A stretch of 64,000 nt of DNA, from contig NC_086109.1 of NCBI RefSeq assembly GCF_963921235.1, forward strand, positions 31,746,001-31,810,000, read 5' to 3'. The position numbers were made by a program, and so were the translations under genes. Positions within the stretch are counted from its first letter, which is position 1. The number at the start of each line of letters is the position of its first letter. This DNA comes from Mobula hypostoma. Its lineage: Eukaryota. The notes below the pieces were generated by a model, which was not told the origin of the DNA, ran no database searches, and saw only the letters and a program-made list of their open reading frames with translations. Shown in pieces: positions 1-12,130 of the stretch.

Positions 1-207
1 AAGAGAACGAGGTAACGCACGAGAAGAAACCAACAAACTGGCAACCTGAGATAGAGAAGCCATCGTACTTATTTCACAGTCTCTGATAAAAACCAGGTGT
101 ACTGTAATTAGGTAAACGAGCAGCAATTGGAAATCTAGCAACTGAAATTAGGGCGTAATCAGGGAGAAAGGAGCGTTAAAGGGGAACAGCCTAACGGAAC
201 CATGACA
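1..207 (-). mobile_element. LTR-like terminus, truncated by the window start
   Basis: Ends in CATGACA (TGTCATG on the minus strand), a typical LTR terminus, directly next to a PLE tail remnant (GTCAGGCAGCATTTATGGAGAGG). Confidence 0.35.
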
Positions 208-427
208 GTCAGGCAGCATTTATGGAGAGGAAAGAACAGTTTTGCTTGTCAGTTTTTTTTAAGACACCAGTCAGACTTTGAAGTATATCACTAATCTTGC
301 ATTGTTATTTGGTCAACATTCTGGTAGCACCATGGACTGTTATACTTCAAGATAAGAGATAGATAGACAGATACTTTATTGATCCCAAAGGAAATTAGAG
401 TGTCTCAGTAGCATTACAACTGCACAG

Positions 428-1268
428 TGTTACATACCTCATGGGTATCTTGTAGCTATCTTATGACCATGATGTAACTGAGTATCTGATGAGCATGATG
501 TAATGGTCTTGCGGAGGTCACATGATGTAATTTTCCCGCCAGTGAGGTCACATGATGACCTGTTCTCAACAGGTATATAAAGGAGACCCCTGGTGTGACG
601 CAGTTAGTTTTCACTTTAGCTTTGTGTTAGTTAATCCGTATTGCTGCGTATTCGTCTTATGACACAATTTCGTTTTAAAGTGGAGTTCTACTTTCTATTG
701 TAAGTAGTATCGGAGAGTGAAGACCCTACCAAAGTACAGGAATTCACTGAGTTGAGTAAAGCTGATATCGTTTGGTGGTTTTGGAGAGGATCAACTTTAT
801 TGAATCTTCGTTCAAGAAAAAGTGACCTGCAACTGAGATATCCCCTGCTAAAGTAGGAAGGATAGTGCAGTGTCTATTCTCCAGAGGAAAAGGTCAGTTC
901 CTTTAAACCGTTTTATTTCCATCATCATGAATCTTGTGGGCAAGGCAGGTTCCAGCTGGGATCAGCAGCAACGTCACGTCTTCGAGGAATTCTTTACTTC
1001 AGAGAAGTCTCTCCTAATTGTCTGTATAACTCTCTTGGACTTGTGAATTTACTATCCTAAGAACTGTGTTCGAATTTACCACTTTAAGAACTGTTTTCAC
1101 ATTTACTCTTTTTAAGAACTGTTCCAGAGTTGCCGTATAGCAGTTACCTTCCGGTTAAATTAGTCGTTTGAATATTTTTCGCTATTGTTGAGTAGAGTTT
1201 AATAAATGTTTGTTTGTTTTTATAAAATCTGACTCAATTCTATATTCATTGTTGCTGGTCATGTGACA
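428..1268 (+). mobile_element. Solo LTR (Gypsy-type), 841 bp
   Basis: TGTTACAT...ATGTGACA termini, 4-bp TSD ACAG (424-427 and 1269-1272), TATATAAA at 573-580, AATAAA at 1201. The host LINE sequence resumes in register after it. Confidence 0.85.
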
Positions 1269-2300
1269 ACAGATATAAATATTAAAAAGGAAAGTAGTAA
1301 GAATAAAAAATAAGTTACCCCAAACAGTCTAACAGAAGGGGTTCATCACTTCTCCAGCTATAGGTCAACTCATTATACAGCCTAATGGCCGAGGGCAAGA
1401 ATTACCTCATATAGTGCTCTTTGGAGCAGCACAGTTGGCTTTGTCTATTACTTAAGCTGTTCCTCTGTTTGATCAAGGTTGCATAGAGATGGTGAGAAAC
1501 ATTGTCCAGATTTGTCAGGATTTTCCATAGGGTCCTTTATTCTACCACGGCCTCCAGTGTATCTAGTTGACTCCTATAACAGACCCAGCCTTTCTAATCA
1601 GTTTATTGAGCCTGTTGGCATCACTCGTGTTGATGTCATTGTCCCAGCACACCACTGCATAGAAGATTGCACTGGCAACAACAGACTGGTAGAACATGTG
1701 AAAGAGAGGCCCGCATACTCCAAAGGACCTCAGTCTCCTCAGGAAGTTGAGAAAACTCTGACATACTTGTACAGAGCCTCTGTGTTGCTGCTCCACTCAA
1801 GTCTGTCATCCAGGTGCACTCCAAGGTATTTGTAGGATCTCACCATATTCACATCCTCACCATCAATAGTAACAGGAACAATGCAAGCTTAGTCTTCCTA
1901 AAGACCATCACCATCTCCTTTGCCTTACTAATGTTGAGTTGCAGATGATTCAGCTTGCACCATTGACAAAGTCTTCCACCAGGGCCCTGCATACATCTTC
2001 CTGTCCTCCCTTTATACAGTCAACTGTTGTTGAGTCATCAGAGAATTTCTGCAGATAACATGACTCAGTGTTGTATCTGAAATCTGAGGTATACAGGGTA
2101 AACAGGAGAGGAGCCAATACATTCCCCTATGGGGCCCCAGTGCTGCTCATAGCCACTTCTGGCACACAGTACTGGAGCCTCACAAACTGTGGCCTGTCAG
2201 TCAGGTAGTCCATTATCTAGGATACAATGGAAGTGCTAACCTGCATTGAATGGAGCTTTTCTCCCAGTGAAGAAGGCTGTATGGTATAGAAGGCACTTGA

Positions 2301-3433
2301 AAAGGCACTTTTGGATTTATTTAAAGAAGATAGATTGATGTCTTTTGAACAATTAATTGATAAATATTCTCTTTCATACTCACTCTTTCTGCAATACCTT
2401 CAAGTTAGACATTTTTTACAAAAATATTTCAGTAATTTTCCTTACGTATTGGAGGCTGACCTGTTAGATACTATTATGAGTATGAACCCTTTGATCAAGG
2501 GTTCTATTGGAAGAACTTATAATTTATTATTACAATGGGATAAGCGTCCTTTATCCAATATTAAACAGGATTGGGAAAAGGAACACAATTTGACTTTTAT
2601 GATGGAGGATTGGACGCGGATTTTGAAGTTGGTTAACTCTTCTTCAATTTGTGCTAGCCATTCACTGATTCAATTTAAAATTGTACATCATTATCATCTG
2701 ACGAAGGAGAGACTTTCTAAAATATTTTCTAATTTTGATAGTTATTGTGATAGATATAAAACTGAGATAGCTACAATGACGCATATGTTTTGGTCGTTCT
2801 ATATTGGAACAGTTCTGGAAGTCAGTTTTTTCAACAATTTCTAAAGCACTTAAAATTAATCTACAACCTAATAAATTAACTGTGCTTTTTGGAGTAATTC
2901 CTCAAAATATTCATGGTATTTCTGTGTCTGACCAACATGTTATTGCATTAGTTACATTGATAGCTAGGAGAGCCATTTTGTTGAAGTGGAAGGATGCATC
3001 AGCTCCCACTTTGTCACAATGGTTCTCTCAAGTGATGCTATGTCTTAGTTTGGAGAAAATTAGAAGTCGAACTTTGAACCTTTATTTGATTTTGAGAAAA
3101 AATGGGGCTCATGTGCTTGTTATTCTCATTTGAGCTAATTAATAGATTTTTTCCACGATCTAATTGTAAATTTTTTGGTATATTTTCTTTTGTTGCTGGC
3201 GGTTTGATGTTTATTTTTAGAAGCTTTTTGTATGACGCATGGCTCCGGGGTTGTACACTTACTGGGTCTTTTTCCCACTTTTTCTGCTTAGTAGGTTTTT
3301 TTCTGTTATCACAAATTTCTTTCAATCTTTAAGATAATGTCTTTTTTGAGACATTGTAAGTGTTGCTACTTCAATGTACGTGTGTTATTTATTTTATATG
3401 ATATAACAATAAAAAGATTTGAAAAAAAAAGAA
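2301..3433 (+). mobile_element. 5'-truncated L1-clade LINE (ORF2 C-terminus, 3' UTR and A-rich tail)
   Basis: ORFs 2311-2844 and 2804-3133 resemble the fish L1 ORF2 C-terminus (FLQYLQVRHF, IQFKIVH, HMFWS, ARRAILLKWK). AATAAA and an A-rich tail follow. 13-bp TSD AGAAGGCACTTGA (2288-2300 and 3434-3446). Confidence 0.9.
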
Positions 3434-3994
3434 AGAAGGCACTTGAGAAATCAAAAAAACATGAACCTCAGTGTTGCCCTCCTTATCCAACTGGAAGTAG
3501 GCTCTGTTCAGCAGATAGATGGCAAGCATCAACAACTCCAATGTACTCCTGGATGGCAAACTGTAGGGATCGAGGGCTAATGTGGCCAGGTGTCAGAGGT
3601 GAGCCAGGACTAGCCTCTCCACATCTATGATGTATGAGGTCAGGCCCGCTGGACGGTAGGCATTCAAGACTTTTGGTTGGTAACTTCTTAATACTGTTCC
3701 TACAAGGCTGGCAGAGTGCTTGCAATATATACTAGCCTTGCTAGTGAGGGGAACATCACACAACAAAGAAAACTAATAAAGACAAAGATTAGAAAGTGTA
3801 GTAAATCCAATATCAAAGGGATAAGAATAGATTTTAGAAATAATAAAATTACAATGCTAGAAAGCAGTGTTAGATCTGACTGTTTAATTTTAATTGTGAT
3901 TTTCTTTGCAGTTTACTAATTAATTATCTGCTTGTGTTTTCAGTGGCCGTTATATGCATTACAGATTGATATGACTAGTAGCTTGTCACAATGT

Positions 3995-4442
3995 GACAAT
4001 GCTATCAATGTAGCAAATGCAATAACATATTCGTCAGACACAGAAATACCATGAATATTTGGAGGAATTATTCCAAAAAGCACGGTTAATTTATTAGTTT
4101 GTAGATTAATTTTAAGTGCTTTAGAAATTGTTGAAAAAATGGACTTCCAGAACTGTTCCAATATAGAACAAGACCAAAACATATGTGTTAGTATAACTAT
4201 CTCAGTTTTACATCTATCACAATAACTATCAAAATTAGAAAATATTTTAGAAAGTCTCTCCTTCGTCAAATGATAACGATGTACAATTTTAAATTGAATC
4301 AGTGAATGGCTAGCACAAATTGAAGAAGAGTTAACCAACTTCAAAATCCGCATCCAATCCTCCATCATTAAAGTCAAATTGTGTTCCTTTTCCCAATCCT
4401 GTTTAATATTAGATAAAGGACACTTATCCCATTGTAATAATA
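3995..4442 (-). mobile_element. Internal L1 ORF2 fragment, inverted relative to 2301-3433
   Basis: ORF 3940-4512(-) is nearly identical to the peptide encoded at about 2525-2965 and includes the intact CDRC...THMFWSC zinc knuckle. No 3' tail. Confidence 0.85.
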
Positions 4443-5351
4443 ACATTTCTGTTCTCTTTGTTCTATCAATTCTTAATAAAACAATCATGAAGCAACATGT
4501 TTTCTGCCTCATTCCTTACTTCCAACAGAACTTTGTATTTAAACACCAGGATCCAACAACAGTGATTGTGACAGTTTCTCAACGAAAAGTTGCACCTTGT
4601 AAATATGGATGGCAGCGAATCTCATGACTTGGGAGTATAAAAGGATTAAGAGAGGTTAAAAATTCAAGCACAGAGGCAAAAAAAAGATATGAAGTGCAAT
4701 TATCTTTACTTGAAAACAAAATACTAACATGCACGGACATAGATTAAAAATTTATCTATGGAAATGGAGGAACTAAGAGATACCTGGGGAAACTAGCAAA
4801 AATTATTTGTCTTCATTATTTTCCAAGGAGACATGTCATCAGATGATCAGATGATGTAACTAAGAATTTTATATATATATTTAAAGTCCAAAGTAGAAGA
4901 CATATGAAATATACTCATCAACTCAAAGAATATAAACCAATTACCTCTAACAAGGGAGAAATAGATAGTGGTGAACCCGAGTGCAGAGTCCGGTCCAGAA
5001 TTAACTCAGACCTGAAATAAACAAGACAACACAAGCAAAATCACAAGCAGTACTACTAGAAACAGAACCTATATGATTAAGCACTGAGTGCTCAGCACAG
5101 GGCCTTTAAGTACGGACTTTCTATGAAGGAATGTGGCAGGCCATAATTGAGTCCTAAAGGGACAGCAGCAGTAAGCCATACTCCGAGGAATTGGAGCACT
5201 CAAACTTGGATGTCTGCCGCTGTTCAGTCAAGGTCATGACATTACCCAGGTGGATGATACTAATGTTTATATAAGTGGTAATGTATGTAAAGGGTTTACA
5301 CAGCCGGCTAAACATGGCTGCCTGTTTTTCTGCAGGAAACCACTGATGATC

Positions 5352-5820
5352 TGTTGTGTGCTGGGGCAGCAGGCTGAGGGTAGCAGACACCAACAGAATC
5401 AACAAACTCATTCGTAAGGCCAGTGATGTTGTGGGGATGGAACTGGACTCTCTGACGGTGGTCTCTGAAAAGAGGATGCTGTCCAAGTTGCATGTCATCT
5501 TGGACAATGTCTCCCATCCACTACATAATGTACTGGTTGGGCACGGGAGTACATTCAGCCAGAGACTCATTCCACCAAGATGCAACACAGAGCGTCATGG
5601 GAAGTCATTCCCGCCTGTGGCCATCAAACTTTACAACTCCTCCCTTGGAGGGTCAGGCACCCTGAGCCAATAGGCTGGTCCTGGACTTATTTCCTGGCAT
5701 AATTTACATATTACTATTTAACCATTTATGGTTTTATTACTATTTATTATTTATGGTGCAACTGTAACAAAAACCAATTTCCCCCGGGATCAATAAAGTA
5801 TGACTATGACTATGACTATG
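5352..5820 (+). mobile_element. Rex1/Babar-type LINE 3' end
   Basis: VCWGSRLRVADTNRINKLIRKA...HPLH peptide, AATAAA followed by a (TGACTA)n tail, possible TSD ATGATC. Confidence 0.85.
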
Positions 5821-5870
5821 ATCAACAGATGTGCTAATCTTGCTATTCAATGCTGAGCAACATTTCTTCT

Positions 5871-6137
5871 TGTAGTTAGGCAGTTAGTGCTTCAAGGTCT
5901 TTGTCTCTTTGTGCAGTCATGAGCATAGATAAGACTGGCTCCACTCTGTCCTGTGTGGGTGTATGTGAGCAACTATATCTATCCTGCAAGAGGAACTGCC
6001 AGTTAGTTGGTGGACCGAGCAGGAACAGTCACAGACTGTTCCTGTTTAAGCGGCTAGCCGCAGTGCCCAGAGGGTTTGAATAAAGGATTTATACTTATCT
6101 GGTCTCTGAGTGAGTTTATCCGGATTCGACTTCCACA
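5871..6137 (+). mobile_element. Possible short solo LTR
   Basis: TGTAG...CCACA ends and AATAAA near 6079. No clear TSD. Confidence 0.35.
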
Positions 6138-7403
6138 TAAGTATAAATGAAAAATACATAGATGTATAATTATGCATATATAGTTAATTGTTCAAAGCAG
6201 GTTTAGTACTAGAGAACTGATCAACAGCTAATGTAATGTCATTACTTACAAGGAGCAAATAGCATTTCAAAAAGAACAATTGGTTGTCCAGCCTGTGCTT
6301 ATCAAAAAAAAAATGCATTGGGAAGAGACTTTATGAGAGCACCTTAGCAACTGTATTTCTGGCTGACTTTGTGCACTTAGTTCTGCAAAATGCTGGATTT
6401 ATGAACAAAAGCATCCAGGATCTGCCTGGTAAAGCCTTGTGTGGTGACATTTTGACTTGGCCTGACTCCATGAAATTCAACATGTTTTCAGTGTAAAACA
6501 AGACACAATAATGAAACAACTGGCATAGAACTTCAAAAGACCTTGCCCCAGATTGTCCTTCTGTCAAATCTTCATGCTTTTTGAATGAACTTGGAAATCC
6601 CAAATGACTGGTGTATTCAGCAATGATAATAACATTGAATGCAAAGGACAGGCTGTTTGACTTCCTCTATTTGAAGGTGATCATTGCCTGCATTTGTAAA
6701 GTGTAAATGGTACTTTCCACTTGTTGACCAGAATGTTCAACCTTTAGGCATGCATGGCTTCATTTTCTAATAAGCTACAAATGGAATGCAATATTGTTCA
6801 CTGATGAATGCATACATTCTCAGAATTAATCACATTTGGGCCTGGGACACTTCCTTCAGGAACTTCTTCATCGTTGTCTTCAAACTGAAATAATTAGCTT
6901 CCCAAAATTACCCAAGCTGTTGGGAGATCTTTTTCTTTTATTCCTATTGTCATGTCAGTATTTTATGCCCAATATTTATTAGGGCATTTAGGACTCTCTT
7001 AGACAGGCACATAGAAAATAGAAAACAGTGAGCATTGTGTAGAAGGAAAGGGTTAGATTGACCTTGGGGCAGGTTAAAAGATCAACACAACATCATACAA
7101 GTCAAAGCCTGTACTGTTCTGTAGTGTTCTATATTCCACATTCTATCAGAATAACGTTTACTAAGGCATCTTGATGTGTACCATTACTAACATGACTTAG
7201 TTAAAATGTTTAATCATTCTACTTTTTTGTAGTTATTGTTCCAAGCAATATGTAACAGATGTTATACTCAATATGCACTGACTTGGACTAGAAGTGATGA
7301 AGAAGGACATTAAGAAGGTTGAATCCAGCTAAAAAGCTATTGTGATTTTCGAGTAATTTTATTTTTTTGACGATCAATTTTAGCTTGTTGATGCCGGTGA
7401 TAC

Positions 7404-7685
7404 TAGATAGATAGATAGATATACTTTATTGATCCCGTGGGAAATTGGGTTTCGTTACAGCCGCACCAACCAAAAATAGAGCATAAATATAGCAATACAA
7501 AAACCACAATCAATCAAACAACAATATGCAAACTATGCCAGATGGAAATAAGTCCAGGACCAGCCTATTGGCTCAGGGTGTCTGACCTTCCGCGGGAGGA
7601 GCTGCAAAGTTCGATGGCCACGGGCAGGAACAACCTCCCGTGACACCCAGTGTTGTATCTCAGTGGAATATGGCCGGAGTCCAAC
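7404..7685 (-). mobile_element. Rex1/Babar-type LINE 3' end
   Basis: (TAGA)n tail plus TTTATTGATCCC, the same terminus type as 355-420. Confidence 0.75.
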
Positions 7686-9289
7686 TAAACCTGATTCTGA
7701 TTTGGTTAGAAAAGCTCTGGAATGTGTTTCCTTTCTTAGTTCTCAATGCCTGTTTACATCCCAAAGCACTAATATTCAAACCCACACAAACAACCAAGGA
7801 GTGATCTGAAAGTATTAGGGTGCTTCTAAAACTGCTAGTAAGATAGATTGTACATTAGTAATTTGCTAAATGAGACATGTAAAGTACATCACCAAGAAGA
7901 GCTAATTGGCAAGAGTGCCATGCATGAGATTATGAGATCTTGTTCATCTTTGTTTTAGATTTATGCATTTTTGTTGGAAATTCATCCATGCGTTAGCAAG
8001 AGAATACTTTGAAACTGTGCCTCTTTGGAAATGGTTCATGTTCTTGAGTTGTTTAGATCAATTGTTAAATGGGAACACGTCTGTAAGAAATGTCAGGAGG
8101 TTAATGAAAATGAAAGTTGCAAATGGTGTTAATTAAGCTTTTTATTGTTAATTTTCCAATTATTTTTGTGTAAATAATCATTGGTGCTAGAAACAAAATA
8201 AATGAGATTGAAGCAATTTTTAGGTCTATCTATAACACATTAATTACCAGCAGGGAGGGTTACAAGTCTGTTTCTGGGCCTCAAGCCACTGCACCAGCAC
8301 AGCATGTGAGTTTAGCCACATATCTTTAAGGAAGACTTCACCCTACAATTCAATGGGTGGGATTTAAAATTTGTTGTCTAGAAAATCCCAGTGAGGAAAC
8401 TAAAGCTGACACTCTGAAAGGATTCAACATAGAAATCAATCATCTCTTCTTTTTTACTGGCAATGACATTTTTTATTTGTTCAATTCAACAGGATGACTA
8501 AAATCAGAGTGAGCACCATTCACATTTATTATGCACACACATCATACTATATTTGATACAAACATCGGTTCACAAATTAAATGCTAATTACCACATATTT
8601 TAAATTGTTTGCATCCTTTTCAATCAAAGTAGTAATAAGTATCCTTTGACCTCAAGTTCAAAGAGGTTGATGTCAACGATTAATTGAATGATTAATAGGA
8701 AGGTATTAAATGTGTTTAGATCTGCACAGACACATGTTAATTTACCTCTCTTGGTACAGGGAATTGTCTGACTCTATAAATAATGATTGAGAGCTCAATG
8801 GATTAAAATATAAGTTACTACTCCACAAATGTGAATTCCTTTACTTTTTTGTATGTGCTAATTCAAATTTCTCAATAAAAAATTTCCTATGGCAAAATTT
8901 AATCTTATTAGACTGCTTGATCCACCAGCTTTAAAATACCAGTGAAAGGTAGTTAACACTTTGTGAATTTTTAACAGACAAAATTTCACTTGAAAGCAAG
9001 CAGCCAAGAAGCGGAGCAAATGATTGAAGGCTCCATTGGATGAGCACTCGTGACTCCAAGGTACACATTTTAATATGATGCCAGTTCCACAGGCATAAGC
9101 AACATTTGTTGACCATGCCTAACTGTTATTTGGAAAGAGTTTGTCTGAACCGCTGTTGTCTGTATGGTAGGGGAAGAAGGGGAGCAAAGGCAGATTTAGA
9201 GACCTGGAAACAGGGGAGATTCTTCAGGAGAATAGAAAATAAAATAACTTTTAAAATAAACCAAGAGGGCAAAGGGGGGGCCATGAAAT

Positions 9290-9985
9290 ATCACTGATAG
9301 ATTAAAATGAATGAAAATTCCAAAGTAATTTGTCAGTATATTAAAGGTAAGAGGAGTTTTGAAAAAGTAAAATTCATTGATACTCCCCGTGACTGCATAG
9401 ATCTCCTCCAGGTGCTCCATTTTTCTCCCATATTCCAAAGATGTACATTGGGGTTAGTCAGTTGTGGTCATACTATGTTGGCACTGGAAGCATAGCAACA
9501 CTCGTGGGCTGGGCCAGTACGTCGCTGTAGCAATCAATGGATTTCGCTGTTTGTTTTGATGTACATGTAACAAATAAGGCTATTCTTTAGCTAATCTTTT
9601 TGAACGAAAATGACAGTTCCATAGCTGGAGCCACAGCATGTGGGTGAGGTTTTAAATGAACATTCCTCATTTGTATACACTTAGGGAAAAGACACAGTAA
9701 TTGATAATTCAGAGAAAAGGATTGTGGAGAGCCATGAAATTCTAGAATATATTATTGTTGAAAAGGAGGCAGTATTGGATGTTTTAGCAGACCTAAAGGA
9801 AGATAAATCCCCAGGATCTGTTGAGATGTATTCAGCAATGCTACGGGAGGCAAGATCAGAGATTGCTGGACCTGTGACAAAGATCTTTAGATCTTTGCTG
9901 GCACCTTTGCAAATGCAGCATCTTTGCACAAAAAGAGCAGTAGGGATACGCAAAGCAATAATTGGCCTTTGAGTCTAACCAAAAT
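9290..9985 (+). mobile_element. Old CR1 ORF2 remnant with an inserted SINE (about 9381-9597)
   Basis: ORF 9724-9972 reads VLDVLADLKEDKSPG...LREARSEIAGP. The insert has a V-SINE-like core (CTCCAGGTGCTCC...CCCATATTCCAAAGATGT). Confidence 0.6.
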
Positions 9986-10009
9986 CATTTGCACTAGGAA
10001 GAGTGGGGC

Positions 10010-11086
10010 TTGATCAGAGATCGCGGAGGGACCGATTCCTGCGGAAGGTGGAGAGGGGTGGAGAGGGAAAGATGTGCTTAGTGGTGGGGTCCTGTTGAAG
10101 GTGGCAGAAGTTGCGGAGGATAATGTGTTGGATCCGGAGGCTAGTAGGGTGGTAGGTGAGGACAAGGGGAACTCTGTCCCTGTTGTGGTGGTGGGAGGAT
10201 GGGGTGAGGGCTGAAGTGTGGGAAATGGAGGAGATGCGGGTGAGGGCATCATTAATGACAGTAGAAGGGAAACCACGATCCTCCGCGATTCCCTTATCCA
10301 CACGTCCCTCCCCACGGATCTCCCACCTGGCACTTATCCCTGTAAGCGCAAGTGCTACACCTGTCCCTACACCTCCTCTCTTGCCACCATTCAGGGCCCC
10401 AAACAGTACTTCCAAGTGAGGCAACACTTCACTTGTGAGTCTGTTGGGGTCACCTATTGCATCCGGTGCTCCCAGTGCGGCCTCCTCTACATCAGTGAAA
10501 CCCGATGCAGATTGGGGGACCGCTTCGTCGAGCACCTCCGCCCCGTCCGCCAAAACAGACAGGATCTCCCAGTAGCCACCCACTTCAACTCTGCTTCCCA
10601 CTCCTATTCAGATATGTCCATACATGGCCTCCTCTACTGCCATGATGAGGCTAAACTCAGGTTGGAGGAGCAGGTAGTCTAGGTAGTATCCAACCCCTTG
10701 GTATGAACATAGAATTCTCCAACTTCCGGTAATTCCCTCCCCCTCCCTTCCCCTATCCCTATGTCACTCTGCCCCCTCCCCCAGCTGCCTACCACCTCCC
10801 TCTTGGTTCTGCCTCCTTCTACTACCCATTGTGTTTTCCCCTATTCTTTCTTCACCTTTCCTGCCTATCACCTCCCTGTCTCCCTTCCCCCACCCCTTTA
10901 TCTTTCCCCTTACTGGTTCTTCACCTGGAACCTACCAGCCTTCTCCTTCCCCCACCTTCTCTATAGGGCCTTTGCCCCTTCCCCCTACAGTCCTGACGAA
11001 GGGTTCTGGCCCGAAACGTCGACCGATCTTTTCCACGGATGCTGCTCAACCTGCTGAGTTCCTCCAGCGTGTTGTGAGTGTTGCTC
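10010..11086 (+). mobile_element. Penelope-like element with an inverted 5' segment; GIY-YIG endonuclease region
   Basis: 10280-10680(+) encodes YCIRCSQCGLLYISET...RFVEHLR...PVATHFN. 10014-10279(-) encodes the immediately upstream RGFP...PLVLTYHP...RSLRD segment. A pyrimidine-rich UTR and the PLE terminal repeat follow. Confidence 0.9.
10988..11025 (+). ncRNA. Minimal type I hammerhead ribozyme motif in a PLE terminus
   Basis: CAGTC-CTGACGA-A-GGGTTCTGGCCC-GAAAC-GTC-GACCG. Core intact, stem I has one mismatch, predicted cleavage after 11020. Confidence 0.75.
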
Positions 11087-11635
11087 TAGTTTAATGCTAC
11101 TTGAAAGAGATCAATGTCTTTATCTTATAGAGTTAACAAATAGTAAGTTACTGGCAACATTTTAATGAGACTGCAAAATGGGTAAATTTGCTATGCCATT
11201 ATACACCCAGTGACCAGTTCATTAGATACTCGTGAATGCAAACATCTAATCTATCAATCATGTGACAGCAACTTACTGCATAAAAGCAAGTAGACATAGT
11301 CAAGAGGTTCAGTTGTTGTTCAGAGCAAACATCAGAATGTAGAAGAAATGTTATCTAAGTGGCTTTGTAGGTGCTATATGGGATGATTTGAGTATCTCAG
11401 AATCTGCTGATCTTGTGGGATTTTCATGCACAACAGTCTCTAGAGTTTTCAGAGAATGGAGTGAAGAAGAAAAATAATATGCAGTGAGAGGCAGTTCTGT
11501 GGGCAAACATGCCTTTTTAATTTTAATGTTATTGATTATACAGCATAGGCCCTTTGAGCCATGAGCCAGCAATCCCCAACTTAATCCTAGCTAATCACAG
11601 GACAATTTACAATTACCAATTAACCTACCAACAGG

Positions 11636-12130
11636 AGGAATTCTGTAGATGCTGGAAATTCGAGCAACACACATCAAAGTTGCTGGTGAACGCAGCAGGC
11701 CTGATGGCATGAACATTGACTTCTCTAACTTCCGCTAATGCCCCACCTTCCCCTTGTACCCCATCTGTTATTTATTTTTATACACACATTCTTTCTCTCA
11801 CTCTCCTTTTTCTCCCTCTGTCCCTTAGACTATACCCCTTGCCCATCCTTTGGGTTCCCCCCCCCGTGTCTTTCTCCCCAGGCCTCTTGTCCCATGATCC
11901 TCTCATATCCCTTTTGCCAATCACCTGTCCAACTCTTGGCTCTATCCCTCCCCCTCCTGTCTTCTCCTATCATTTTGGATCTCTCCCTCCCCCTCCCACT
12001 TTCAAATCTCTTACTAACTCTTCCTTCAGTTAGTCCTGACGAAGGGTCTCGGCCTGAAACGTCGACCGTACCTCTTCCTAGAGATGCTGCCTGGCCTGCT
12101 GCGTTCACCAGCAACTTTGATGTGTGTTGC
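11636..12130 (+). mobile_element. Short PLE insertion with an inverted terminal segment
   Basis: 15-bp TSD TAACCTACCAACAGG (11621-11635 and 12133-12147). Perfect 38-bp inverted repeat at 11664-11701 and 12093-12130. Confidence 0.9.
12031..12068 (+). ncRNA. Minimal type I hammerhead ribozyme motif
   Basis: TAGTC-CTGACGA-AGGGTCTCGGCCT-GAAAC-GTC-GACCG. Core intact, predicted cleavage after 12063. Confidence 0.7.

Larger units (their letters stand above)
355..3720 (-). mobile_element. Rex1/Babar-type non-LTR retrotransposon, degenerate, interrupted by a solo LTR and an L1
   Basis: (GATA)n tail with TTTATT at about 355-380. Minus-strand ORF 1563-1796 reads FLRRLRSFGV...FYQSVVASAIFYAVVCW. The RT motif MFFDFSSAF is split by the L1 insertion. 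Same family as the + copy at 16190-17465. Confidence 0.85.

Noticed and set aside
5080..5097. Overlapping short palindromes AGCACTGAGTGCTCAG
   Set aside because: Too short to be distinguished from chance; lies in a possible LTR remnant (about 4968-5241).
8978..9060. Plus-strand AG...GT-bounded exon candidate
   Set aside because: Stops in all three frames and a weak donor; cannot be supported.
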